NCBI GenBank assembly: GCA_964016885.1
Contig: OZ024742.1
Coordinates: forward strand, 257,796,001-257,860,000
DNA: 64,000 nt
From: Eledone cirrhosa
Taxonomy: Eukaryota
Reading direction: 5' to 3'
A program made the position numbers and the translations under genes. Every line of letters starts with the position of its first letter. The first letter of the stretch is position 1. This document shows, piece by piece, positions 26,186 to 41,926 of this stretch. A model generated the notes under the pieces. The model saw nothing but the letters and a program-made list of their open reading frames with translations. It was not told the origin of the DNA and made no database searches.

Positions 26186-26207
26186 AATATATATATATGT
26201 AAATATA

Positions 26208-26238
<31 letters not shown>

Positions 26239-26298
26239 GTATATATATATATATATGTATATATATATGTATATATTATATATCTATCTCTCTCTCTC

Positions 26299-26471
<173 letters not shown>

Positions 26472-26551
26472 TCAGTTAAAAATCCCCTCCTTGTATTAAT
26501 CCCTCTCTTTTGTGCCCTCGTGGCAAATAGTTAGAAACTATATATATATAT

Positions 26552-27600
26552 ATTAGTTGTGTAATAAACAACATAAGATAATTATTTCATTTACCAGTGG
26601 TTTCTTGAAAGCAGATATATCTGATATTTAATAGAAATATAGTCAAAATCAGTTACTCTTGCTGTCTATCAATGAAGGCTAAAATTACCACATCTAATCG
26701 TACAAGAGTAGCTCCAGGATGCAGTTGCTGGAAGCCGGAATAATGCCTATTACAGCGTAACTGTAATACCAAATCCATTGTGTATGAGGCCAAATTGACA
26801 CCCTTGATTAATAACCAGCCAGCCAGGAGTGAACGATATGTTTGCATGACTCAGGACAGATTCAAAACCAGGTATTATGGACATATCGCTTCTATTAAAT
26901 ACCCTGTAAAAAGAACAGCAACGCTCCTAGAAAAATAAAGTGTGGGAATTGAAAAACTAAAACATTCCGTACACTATTTTAGACCATTCAAAAGAATACC
27001 AAAGGAACACAAAGAAATGTGTTTTGTGCACCACGGAAACATTTAGAATTCTCCAAAATTTGAAAGCCCCTTCCACTTGCCTCCACTCCAAGACCGAGAT
27101 CTTCAGATGTTGTCCACATCTGAAATCGCATCTACTTTTTAACTGGATTGACATTTATATGATGACTCAACCACCTTGAGCTTCTTCTTTACTCATTAAG
27201 TCTTCCACTCACTACGAATATTATTACACTCTGAACTCACATTGCTTACCCATATATACTTTTTCTCCCTCGTCTCCTATATCTCCTTATATTTATTTTT
27301 CAGTTGAATATTTCAGTTGAATCATACTCCCCCCTGCTTTCTACCTTACCCTTTACACATACAGACCCATCACCTTTATCCTCTACTCGGTTCACTCTTT
27401 AACCAGATACTCTTATCTAGATCTCATCGCATATCTTTTACAACATTTTTCCCTTACCTATTCTTAATAATTGTGTTTATTATTTCAATTTTACTCCCCC
27501 TCTTCTCCTCACTTACCCGAAAGGTTTTTATGTTCTCACATAGGGCTGTGCGGGCGCATTAGCAGACAGACTCATGTGTACTTACATTTATAGTACTTTG
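26552..27600 (+). mobile_element. 5'-truncated PLE (GIY-YIG domain plus 3' UTR) preceded by an inverted partial pLTR
   Basis: CLLQRNCNTKSIVYEAKL...RYVCMTQDRFKTRYYGH...KTEIFRCCPH. 26552-26622 is the reverse complement of the 3' half of the HHR cassette at 33235-33306. Confidence 0.75.
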
Positions 27601-27866
27601 ATTATTCTTTGGTACACGTGTGTGTGTTAAGGTGTATGTGTGTATGCGTGCGTGTATCTATATGTATGTATATATATATATTTATATATACATGTAAATA
27701 TATATATATATATGTATATGTGTGTGTGTATATGTGTGTATACGTATATATGTATGTATATGTACGTATGTATGTATGTGTGAATGTGTGTGTGTATATA
27801 TAAATATGTGTGTATGTGTGTGTATATATGTGTGTATGTATATGTGTACGTACATATATATATATA

Positions 27867-27903
<37 letters not shown>

Positions 27904-27922
27904 GCGTGCGTATGTATTTGTA

Positions 27923-27975
<53 letters not shown>

Positions 27976-28166
27976 TAAAATGACAGATTAAAGTTTAAGC
28001 AAAGAATCGCTGCTTTCACCCTTAACGGGATCTTCTCAAACTTTAATCTGTTATTTTAATAAATATTTGCTCTACGGTTCTTATATATTTGATATATATC
28101 TATCCTTATCGAGCCCTTTTGGGATTTTAGTCTTCGAATTTATTATTAATACTATATATATATGTA

Positions 28167-28198
<32 letters not shown>

Positions 28199-28716
28199 TG
28201 TTTATTTATGTGAGTGAGTTTATTTATGTTTTTATTATACTTATATATGGTTCTATGTATGTGTTTACGTATATAGTTGTGTGTATGCGGTTGTATATAG
28301 GCCTTTCGTTTTTGTTTGTATTGTCTTACGTATGGTTTTGTCTGCCTATGTTCTTTACGTGCGAGTGCGCGCACACATCTGGGTACGTTTGTACGCTCTT
28401 TTTGTAGGGTTTATGCGTGCGTTAGTATAATTGGTTGTATGCTTATTTTCATACGTGAGTATGCGTGTGTATGTGTATGTGTATATGTATTTCTGCACGA
28501 TTGTGTATGTGTATGTGGATGTCTATGTATGTTTATTTCATAATTTATATTTCGTGTGTATATATATATTTGTGTGTGTGTGTGTGTGTGTGTGTCTGTG
28601 TGAATGTATATATATACATATGTATATACACTTACATTTGTGTATGTGTTTTTATACGTGTATATGAGTGTTTGTGCAGGTGTTTTTTTGTTATGTGTGT
28701 GTGTATGTATGTGTGT

Positions 28717-28794
<78 letters not shown>

Positions 28795-28800
<6 letters not shown>

Positions 28801-30550
28801 ATGCTTTGGGAGGACCAGTATAAAATTAACCCTTAAGGAAGCTATGTTCAAATTTAATGGAAAAACATATGCCCAGAAGGAAGGAGCAGCCATTGGTGTT
28901 AGCATTGCAGGTGACATAGCTAACCTATTCATGGTATGGTGGGACAATAGACTTAAACTTAAACTTAAAAAACATTTAGAAGACAGCAACCTGTTAACCC
29001 TGATAATGTACTCCATTAGAGAACAGTCAGGAATTAGAGAAAAACACCATGGAAAGCATCCAGCAAATAGCTAACTCCATCCACCAGAGTATTATAGTTA
29101 ATATAGACTACCCAAGGAAACACCCCTACCATCGATTACCTGTACTAGACACAGATCTCTGGTTAGAAACCATTAATAACAAAAAACAAATCCTCCATTC
29201 CCATTATGCCAAACCCATGACTTCCAAATATCTGATCCACCGAAACTCAGCTGTTTCGGACCACACCAAAATCAACATACTGATTGCGGATTTCGTACGG
29301 GTGATGAGAAACGTGTCCCGCATGTGCAATCCCAAATAACTAGAGAGACACATACAACACTTCATCCACCTTATGCAGTTCTCTGGTTACAATCAGAGAC
29401 ATAAAATCAGAGTATACAGAGGAGCGAGAACCAAATGGGAAAAAAGGGTAAATAATGATACAAATGGGACTTGCACCTTGTAAAGGAGCAAATTTTGGAA
29501 TAGAATAGAAAGAACTAGGAATAAGGTTAATGGAATCAACTCAGGGTATGATAGCAATAAATACCACAGTGTAATGTTCATCACCTAGAGGTGAATTAGC
29601 TTACAAATTTAGAAGAGCCCTAGATAAACATAAACTCAATATTAAGATGGTGGAAAGAGCAGGTACCTCCATAAAAACACTTATTAGCAATACATACCCT
29701 ATTCAAATATCTCCCTGTATAGATAAGAAATGTATAATCTGTAAACTAAGCCCCCATATTAATTGTAAAACTAGAAATATAGTATATAGCATAATATGTA
29801 CTGAAGGACAATGTAGAGATAAGAATATAGTGTACATAGGTGAGACATCTCGTAGTATATGAGAACGGATAAATGAACACTGGCGAGAGCTTCAAGATAG
29901 AACAGAATCATCTGTACTCCACCAACATCCTAAAATAGAACATAAGGGTAAATTAAAGAACATAGAAATGAAAATAGAATCTACACACAGAAAAGACGCA
30001 ATGTTTATACAAATCACAGAGGCAATAAACATAAATGAACTCCAAACAAAATTAAATAGAAAACATGAATGGAATAGCAACATCACAACTTACAATTAAG
30101 GACAAAATGAAAACACACACACACATAGAAGAAACAACCAACCAGTAATATGAAAATAAACAAATAAATAAATACATATAAACAGACACAGACACCCGGA
30201 TGTAACACATGCGCAAACTAAGCACACAACACACACAAAAACAAGATGGCGTAGGACTGAACAAATGAAAGGCTCAGCAACAAAGAAAATAATCCCCAGT
30301 CACTGAAGAGGTCACATAATGTGTGACGAGAGAACATTGACAATATATGAACAACCGTTCGGTTATGGAACCAACCAACCAACCGGACATTTTTAAATTC
30401 TTAAATTTATAAATTTAATTTATGATAAATTGGAGTGAAAGCACTGGTGCGTGTGTTTCTTTTTGGCAACATGACCCTCCCAAAGTATAATAATATCGGT
30501 TTAAACACACGTTTTCTGATAAAGAATCTTGCTAAACACATTCAGAAACG

Positions 30551-30552
<2 letters not shown>
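28795..30552 (+). mobile_element. Disrupted Penelope-like element: RT, GIY-YIG, pLTR with decayed HHR, and tail
   Basis: RT FKFNGKTYAQKEGAAIGVSIAGDIANLFM and LPVLD; GIY-YIG NIVYSIIC...YIGETSRSI; CTGAAGA-G-GTCACA-TAATG-TGTGAC-GAGA at about 30303-30331; short inverted tail at 28795-28820; flanked by (TA)n. Confidence 0.9.
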
Positions 30553-30629
<77 letters not shown>

Positions 30630-30641
30630 TATTTATATACG

Positions 30642-32735
30642 GCACTACGTTGAGTACTCTCCACAATACTACACTAAGATTAACCATGCGGAATGACCAA
30701 TTCTATCCAGAGGTGAACCAACAAACCTAAAGAAATAATTCTCCAATAATGTTGAGCACTTCCAGATGTAATATTGTACAGCCGCACTGACTTCAGTGTA
30801 CAGATATCGCCTGCATAAGATTAATTGATCTACTTACCATTCGGATTTTGGCTGCTCCGTGCTTTGTCTACCGCCCATCCAATGCTGCTTCCTTCTCGGG
30901 AATATTCGGATTCCGACAAAATTCTACGTATTATACTAAAACATGTCTTGTATTGACTGAATTCTCTACTCTATTCCTCAGGACTTTTCTGTGACTCACA
31001 TTGAATTCAGAGACCCGAACTTTACACTAGGTACCACCTGTTAGCATTCCATCTCTTCCATCCTCTATATCTATATGTATAACCTGTATTATCTTACTGC
31101 AACTTGAACTATATTGTATTTCCTCTTTGCTCTGATTCCTCCGATATGTTCTTGTATACTTCCGTCTTACTACATCACTATCCTAGCTATGAAGGCGTTT
31201 TATTTATGTATTTTACTTTTTACTTTTATTAGTTCATTAATGTATTTTTATCAATGTATTCTTTATCTTTGTATTTTATCTTTGTATCCTGCTTTCATTT
31301 ATTTGTTACTTTCCTTACTCAGGTCATTATGCACCTTTCATAGCCCCCTACCCACCAAAGAACCACACTACTTATAACCCTGACTAACTGGGACTTTAAA
31401 ATAATTATAGTCTATTTGTACTTTTCATTGGGTTTTGCTATCTTCGACTGATGTGGTGGCTTTTCCCGGTTGCGCACCGGGCGCTAGGAAAGTTCAGCCT
31501 TCCTTGAGTGCTTGGAAAAATAAATGTCCCTTCTTTCGTTAAACGAAATTACTCGGAGCGATGGATTTGCCCGGGGCCCGCCGCGCCGCCTGTTTTGACC
31601 GCCATATTATACTTATACCTATAAACTCCAGGCTTAGGCATAACTGTTAGCTGTATGATGCCTCTACTGGCACGTAAATAAACCCCTCATGTGTGAATTA
31701 ATAGTATTCGTTTGGTATAGATGATGGCCTGTCGAAGTTGTAGACTTCCCGCTAGCACACCCGGGGCCTAAGGCAGCTACGTTCCTAGAGTACTCGGAAA
31801 AATTAATTTCCATTTCTTTCGCTGGACGATACCACTCGAAACTGGCTGACACGTGGTTAGGAGGTGGTGGCTGGGATTCACAATCGAAGGCTTTAATCTT
31901 TACTCTATATCCCACCCTGATATCTAATCGAGATTAACTTTTTTCATATAAGACTTTCTCTGTAAGTTCATTAAATAAATCTCTGTAAGTTGATTAAATA
32001 AACCTTAACCTTTAATTTTCTAATAATTTAAACATTTTTTTTTATTTTTTTTATTTTTCAATTTATTATATTTTAATTTAATTTCATCCTATAATTCGTA
32101 ACATAAGTTTAACGTTCCAATTTTCTGTTCACATATTAGACCATACAGACAACCATTATATATGCCTTTGTTAAATATAGATTCTTTGGAATAATATTTT
32201 TCGCGGCGTTTTCTAGCATGACTGTAGTGTGACCCTTACGCTGACTTTTTTCTTTTTTTCTTCTTTCTTCTCTCTTTCTTTCTTCCCCGTTTTTGTATTC
32301 TTTGACGGAGAGGTGGTAGTACATTATAAGCCTTCGCCCCCTCACCAGATGGTCATTAGCAGACCGAGTAGCCATCACTTTGAGGGCGACTGGCCGAGGT
32401 GAAAGCACTAGTTGGTCATCGTCCTCTCTGTCTCTGATTTTTCGGACCCATAGTTTTTACATATTCCTTTGTTATATTTCGAATACCTGATGATATCACC
32501 GGATTCATATGGAACCCGGTCATTGAAATGATCATAGTATAATAAACCTTTCAAGGATTTACACCAGTCCAGCCTCCTGTTATTTTATTTATAATTAACT
32601 CCGTATTCGCACCACCAACTGCGCAAACGAAGACGGGTGAACTGCACTACGTTGAGTACTCTCCACAATATTACACTAAGATTGACCATATGGAATGACC
32701 AATTCTATCCAGTGGTGAACCAACAAACCTAAAGA
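30642..32735 (+). mobile_element. Non-coding element of about 2.1 kb with 92-bp terminal direct repeats and an internal HHR
   Basis: 30642-30733 matches 32644-32735; HHR at 32483-32540; TA tracts on both sides. Confidence 0.65.
32483..32540 (+). ncRNA. Type I hammerhead ribozyme
   Basis: ATAC-CTGATGA-TATCACCGGATTC...GAACCCGGTCATT-GAAA-TGATCATA-GTAT. Palindromic stem III ATGATCAT, AUA triplet, AATAAA immediately downstream. Confidence 0.8.
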
Positions 32736-33067
32736 TATATGTATATATATATTTTTATTTTGTGTATCTGTATTTTTAAGTAATTGAACACCCCGTGTAT
32801 TTGTTTATATTTATTTGTTTTTTTATGTTCCCCACTCCTCTCTCTTATCGTTGTCAACTCGCATCATCTGTCTATTTTATTTTATTTTATTTTTGACTTG
32901 AATATTTGTTGTTCTTATTCATTTATTTATTTATTTATTCTTATTACTTCATGGATATGTATTTTGTCCATGCCAGTTGATACATATACGCTTATGTGAC
33001 AGCATATGTCTACGTACTTTTTAAGTATATGCGCGTGGTTGAGTGTGTGTATGTTTGCTCATTTATT

Positions 33068-33113
<46 letters not shown>

Positions 33114-33211
33114 GTTTTCCCTTCTTCTTCTTCGCCCGTTGTTTCCTCAGTCTCACCTTCATATTTCTTATATTTTGTTTTCAAATCTATATTTAATAAA
33201 AACACCATCTT

Positions 33212-33276
33212 TTATTCATTCTGACGACTGAAAGCAGATATATCTGCTTTCAAGAAACCACTGGTAAATGAAATAA
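33212..33276 (+). ncRNA. Type I hammerhead ribozyme (family also at 41927, 49903 and 26552)
   Basis: TTATTCATT-CTGACGA-C-TGAAAGCAGATA/TATCTGCTTTCA-A-GAAACC-ACT-GGTA-AATGAAATAA; GUA triplet at 33264-33266. Confidence 0.85.
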
Positions 33277-33390
33277 TCATCTTATGTTGTTTATTACATA
33301 ACTAATAAGCTCTGTAACCTACATAGAGCACTCTTTCTGCCTGTACCTTTTCGACGGAATTACTTCATATATATATATATATATATATAC

Positions 33391-33447
<57 letters not shown>

Positions 33448-35914
33448 GGAGGGGGGGGTGTATGTGTGTGAATACTTGTGTCTGCGTAAATTTGTGTTGA
33501 GAATTGGTAGGTGCAACCTACAGAGCCTTGTTTGGAGAATATCTAGCAATATCCCCTCCTTTGCACATTGCACTACTTGTATCTCACATTTCAAGTGTGC
33601 CCATCCCATTTTGGCCGAGTAAGTAAGAATGATTTACATGACGCTTCAAACCCTCCTTCATAAGCTGTATGATCATAACGAGGCTTTTCCAAATAAATGT
33701 ACAATAAGCAGGAATATTGTTTTAAAATGGAGCAGATGTAATGCGTTGCAATTATGATAGCGAATTCTATTCGATTCACTTATATCTAAAGCTATTCAAT
33801 ATGTGCACACAGGGCTTTGTTAAGGTATTCGCAACTAATACACACCCCAGTTACCAGTACCATGTGAATAAAATTTGATAGTCAGAATTTTCATAGGCAC
33901 GCTGTACAAACTGTATGTGCATGTGCGATGATCTCCTGACCTTGTGTTTGTTCTATTGTGTCCATCTAGAGTAATGTAGTGTTCTAGCAAATAGATCGAT
34001 AACGTAATTACCATACTTTACAAAAATATGTACAGGGTTGATATGATCGATCCAACATGGCCGTAATCTGATTAATGAAATCAGTATGAGATTAATTGGG
34101 TAATGTCTAATAATCTAAACGCTCTTAGCCTTTCTATTAAAAACATAACTTAAATTTCAATTCAATTAGCGAAAATACTATGACATTTTCTCTCCTAGTA
34201 GTCATAAGAGTATTTCGTTTGAAGACCTGACCACACACAAAAGCAACTACACACAAAACAAATCAACAACAAAATAAACTGTAATAAATAATCTTACGGA
34301 GAACACTCCCAGAAACACATATCGTTTACAACTATTTCAATATTCAATCCCCTATTAAAACACACGGTTCGGTTTATAAAATAAGAACACGCCTAGCCTC
34401 AGTTAAATACAAAATCAGTTATTATATTTTACATATTGAAACAATAATGTTCCGAAAGAAATTATCTTTAATCACGTGATATGCCGAAGTTATTGATTTT
34501 CCTCATAAATATAGTATGTATGAAAAATAAATTTAAAAAGTGATAAGAATATTGAAGCCAGCAAATCGCAAAGTATAACCTGCTCCGTACCGTTGATTTA
34601 TATATTTATATACACGTCATTAATTAACAACAACAACAACAACAACAACAACTGCTTTTTCTTCTTCTTCTTCTTCTTCTTCTTCTGTTCACTTATTCCT
34701 GGGAGCGTCATAGGGTCAGAATTCACAGGCACGTTTCCAAATTTCTTGATCAGGGTCTACCTCTGGGTCCCCTGTTGGCTGGTTATGCACGTAAAATCTC
34801 ACCATCGATTCATTCCTTTGACATTCTGACAATGTGATCGTACCCATCCTGTAAAGACACTTATATATTCAAACTGCGCAATCTGAGGAATTATGGGTTG
34901 ACCAGATATTGCAGTTGTATATTTATATTTATCTAAAATATATCACCATAAGTATAATTATATATAAGTATATATACGATTCACTGTTATATCATGTTCA
35001 ATATACCAGCTTAATAAAGAGGAATTTGTGTTTTTAAATCATACTAAATTGATGGTTATTTTTCAAAAATATTGCAAAATAATAGGCAATGTCTTTCATT
35101 AAACACATTATAAAGAAAGGGTTATCTGCTACATTAAAACCATTTTGATTGTGTTTTGGTGATGTCGTTTTCAATTCTTACACATTTAGTATGGACTACT
35201 TTCCTTCCAGATACACATCATTTATAGATACACATCAGTAACAAATCCCACTTCAATCAACAGGAAAATATATTAAATAAAGTATGTTATAGCTTTGCAT
35301 GGAGAAACGTATTCTGTTAAACTTCTCAAACACAACACCTCATAGTAAATGACCTGTTATCTGAGTACATACGAATTGAAATGGTACAAAGACATTTTGT
35401 GACTGCATCGTGAAATATAAAGTTTATGTGTTATTCATATGATTCTCTGTAATATTAGAGCCTCATATCATGTAATATCAATTTTAATGGATGTCTGCCA
35501 AAGATTTCGGTAATATTTGTGGTAGGTATCGGTATAAAAAAAGTCAGAAACCAAGACCTATATCAAGGAAAGTTTATAAAATACAGACTCTAATAAAAAA
35601 CAAAAACATTTCTGAATATGGGTAAATTTAATATACATAAGATCGCTATATAAATAAGTAGTATTACATATCGTATATCGCAGTCCCAATAATATAACAA
35701 ATTATAACATGCGAGATTAAAGAGGAATAGGAAATATTATATCTGAGATAAACTCGATATTATATGAGCAATGATTCTGATAGTGTAAATAAATTATCCC
35801 CGATCGATATTTATTTTTCTTATATCGAATAGAAAGACAAGGGTTAACACAAAGGCAAGTTTCTATCTATCTATGTATCTATCTATCTAACTAACTATAT
35901 ATCTATATATCTAT

Positions 35915-35955
<41 letters not shown>

Positions 35956-35959
35956 TATA

Positions 35960-36819
35960 AGTATGTATACGTACATACATATATGTATACAGATGTACAG
36001 TAGTATGTATATATATACATACATGCACACATATATATATGTACGTATGAATTTACCGACCATTTATTATAATGCTCGGTTTGTTTGTAAACAAACATCC
36101 CGAATTAAGCCGTACAGTGTCTAGCATCCATCGTTGCCCTTTTGTTCAACACTGACAAAGGAACGATGTACTAGTTTCAAGCTTATTAGCTATCGTCAGT
36201 TTATAAGAAATGCTCGGTAAATTCATACGTACATATGGATGTGTGCATGTATGTAAATATATAGATACTAGTGTACGTCTGTATACATATACTTATGTAC
36301 GTATACATACTTATATTTAAGTAACAGCCGTGCTTAGTGTGAGAAATGAAATTTAGTTTCATTTTTTCCGTTTATCGCTTTCGGTGCGCCCGGCCGATTA
36401 ACTCACTCGATATGCAAATTAGGCTGCTCAGCCGTTAATATGCGTGAATATGCATAAGGATATACTTTCAGACGTTCAATCATCTGGCAGGAAGGTATAC
36501 GGTGCTGACGATAGCTAATAAGCTTGAAACTAGTACATCGTTCCTTTGTCAGTGTTGAACAAAAGGGCAACGATGGTTGCTAGACACTGTACGGCTTAAT
36601 TCGGGATGTTTGTTTACAAACAAACCGAGCATTATAATAAATGTTCGGTGAATTCACACGTACATATATATATGTCTGCATGTATGTATATATATATATA
36701 TATATATATACATACTACTGTACGTCTGTATACATATATGTATGTACGTATACATGCTTATATTTAAATAACAGCCGTACTAAGAGTGGGAAATGAAATT
36801 TCGTTTCATTTATTCCGTT

Positions 36820-36820
<1 letters not shown>
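35960..36820. mobile_element. Retrozyme-like unit (period about 430 bp, about 1.4 copies) with an inverted partial copy on its left
   Basis: The sequence at 36201 recurs at 36632. 35960-36199 is the reverse complement of about 36505-36770. HHRs at 36163-36199 (-) and 36499-36541 (+). Confidence 0.75.
36499..36541 (+). ncRNA. Minimal type I hammerhead ribozyme
   Basis: ACGGTG-CTGACGA-T-AGCT-AATA-AGCT-T-GAAA-CTAG-TA-CATCGT. Stem III is the palindrome ACTAGT; GUA triplet. Confidence 0.85.
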
Positions 36821-36898
<78 letters not shown>

Positions 36899-37012
36899 TG
36901 AGAGAGAGGGGGGCAAGAGTGATGGAGAGAGTTGTGGGTATTGGCGTGTTTGTCTAAGCTAGTATAGATCTCTGAGAAGTATAGCATGAGAATTTATATG
37001 GAATTCCTATAC

Positions 37013-37124
<112 letters not shown>

Positions 37125-37347
37125 ATACACATATATATATGTATATGTATATATATATATAAATATATACATATATACATATATAAACATATATATATAT
37201 ATACATATAAATATATATACATATATATATATATAGTAATTATAGAAAAGTTGAAGACTAGGGTGAAAGCAGCGATTCCTTGCTTAAACTTTAATCTGTT
37301 ATTTTAATAAATATATATATATATATATTTGTATATATATGTGTACG

Positions 37348-37422
<75 letters not shown>

Positions 37423-38179
37423 TCAGGTTATCAATAATGTAGTGATAATATATCATTACGTTAGAGATGAACAGCGTACGTGTAGGTTTACTCAACGAAT
37501 ATAAATTATATTCCGGAGAAAATGTAGAAAAGATGAATATGAAATGAAAGTGCTTTTTTTAAAAAGGAAGTTATTAGGTATTGACATATGTTTCTGTAAC
37601 AGACGGAATACCTATGTATCGCTGCTTGCGTAATCATATAATGTTAGGAAGTATTCGATAGTAAATGTATAATCAGTTGTCACTTCTTGAGAGATTTTGG
37701 ATAAATTGGATAAAATCAGAAAAATTGAAGTATTTATATTAGTTGTAATAGAGGAAGAAGAGAGGGGAGAGTATATGACAGATGGTAATTCAATTTACAG
37801 CTAAACAAGTATATAAAGGGTTTCTAATGAGAATACAATGAGTAAATGGTTTATTTTATCTAAATAAGAATTTCTGGGAGTGCCTATTTTAATCTATACT
37901 TGACCAATTGAACAGTGGACAGGGCTGGTTAGTTGGTGTAGTAGTATTAATTATAAAGTGTCAATTGAGGAAGGGGTAGATTTCGACTGCTACTGAATAA
38001 CATTAATGCTAGTAGCCAGCTGGTATATGCATTAGGGAATCGAATTAAGAAATCAGAAATCTCATTTTATTTATAGCAGTTTATATTAAATGGTAAATAA
38101 TAGAAGAGTTGATAGAATTAAGACTAATAGAGAATTTTAATATGTATTTTGACAATCAAACGGAGATGGAGACAGGCGT

Positions 38180-39678
<1,499 letters not shown>

Positions 39679-39679
<1 letters not shown>

Positions 39680-40905
39680 TAGCAGAAGTACCCGGCGTTT
39701 CCCGGGTGTAAGTCGACCTTTCGTCTGTTGTTAAAATGTTTGAAAGTTACTTCCCGCGCATCACAGGTGCAAAAACCTTCGAACCTCAAAGAAAAAAACA
39801 TATGTTAGTATACGCAGGTGTGTAATTGAGAATAAATAATGGATCAATTGTAGGTTCAGATGGTGGCCGACAGGGCAGTAATGCGGCATGGTGAGGCATG
39901 ACGATGCAGTGGGACGAAGGAGTGCAGGGAAGGGAGAGGGCAGGGATTGACGGTGGCAGGGATGCGGGTCGTCAGGCCTGGAAGTCTTGAGTTCTCCCGG
40001 AGTGTAGGCAATGGAAATGGGCAGGGGTGGACTATGGCAGGGATTCGGCATGTTGAGCCGTGGCAGTCCTTAGGGACCACGGAGGGCAGGCAATGGAAAG
40101 GGCCGTGGAATGAATTGCAGCTGATAATGCAGAGATGCGCATGGTGATGCACAACGATGCAGTAGGTCGACGGCGTGCAGGGATGAGAGAGGGCAGAGTT
40201 TGAATGGATGCCTCATTATGCAAACATAGTGGAACCACGGGCATGAAAGGAGCGCATGGAGGCTCGATGATCGCTTGAGAAGACTGGTTGCAATACAGGA
40301 TGATGCGCGGCGGTATAGTGTTGATATTCCTTATATAAGAAATGGAAGAATCGGCATAAAAGGTTTGCTGAATATGGTGAGCGTTAATTTAAATAGACTT
40401 ACGGTAGATAATCCTGATAGATTGAACATTTTTTGCATGGCGGGAGTCGCGACACATGTAAGCAAGAAGAATGGCGTTTTTCAGTTGCCCGACTTTTGCC
40501 TCTGGGGGTCCGATTATCGATTTTCTTTTTACAATTTCAAGTATCCCACATTAATCCCCGCATCAAAATACATACCTACGTCAAATTTCATTGGAATCAG
40601 AGAAATTTCGTAAACATCGATATTTGCCTCTGGTGATCCAATTATCGATTTTTCAAAAATTTAATTTAGCGCACGTTTATGCCCGAATCAAAATACACAC
40701 TTGCGTCGAGTTTCATCGATTTTTGAAAATATCGATTTTTGGCTTCTGGGGTCCCGATTATCGATTTTTCGAAATGTTCAAGTAGCCTATTCCACTCTAC
40801 GCGTTGAGTTTTCTATATGTGTGAGGTTTCATGAAAATTGGATGAACGGTGTAGCATGCAAGTTGGGAACACCAAACAATGCCCATCTTCACTTTATATA
40901 TAAGA
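39679..40905 (-). mobile_element. Non-autonomous Helitron
   Basis: Minus strand starts A|TCTTATATATAAAG and ends with hairpin CCCGG-GAAACG-CCGGG followed by CTAG|T. Internal repeats of about 120 bp (GATTATCGATTTT) at about 40495-40770. Confidence 0.75.
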
Positions 40906-40912
40906 TAAATAT

Positions 40913-40943
<31 letters not shown>

Positions 40944-40970
40944 AATATATATATATGTATGTATATATAT

Positions 40971-41253
<283 letters not shown>

Positions 41254-41926
41254 TATATATACATATATGTCTGTACGTATTTATATATATATTTATATAT
41301 ATATATATATGTGTGTACGAACTTCTGTGTTTTTTATACTTTTGCTAGTGTTACTTTATAATTGATAACCCCTCCTTCTTATTTTCTCTTTGATTTATTT
41401 TTTTATTCTCATATATATATTTTCATTTTTTCATTTTTTCATTTTCATATTTTATATTGTTTATATATGTATCGACGTTCAGCCTGACACTGCTTTGATT
41501 GATACACTCCCTTCCCTGTATATACCACGTGCATGTATGTGGTTGCGCGTGTGTGTGTGTTTATACGCATGCTTTCATACTTGTATGTGTATATATATTT
41601 CAATCCTTAGTCCCTCAGTCTGTATGTACGCTAACTTTATTATCTTACAATATTTTTTTTCAACATATATTATATACGTATTTTTGGTCACACATACACT
41701 GATATGCTTGCCCTCATGTATGTACTTACGCACATATTTTTTCACTATACACATACATCTGTACATATACACATATGTACATCTGTAGGTGTACATACAC
41801 ACATTTATAGACATAACCTTACCATATTCCCTTATTTTATTTTTTATATATCTCTTATATATTTTTTTTGCCCGTTAAACTTTTGCCTTTCGTGTGGAGA
41901 TTTTTCAAATATTTCACTATGTTTCA

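Noticed and set aside
33500-33780. Short open frames with possible splice sites
   Set aside because: No recognisable protein similarity and no consistent multi-exon structure.
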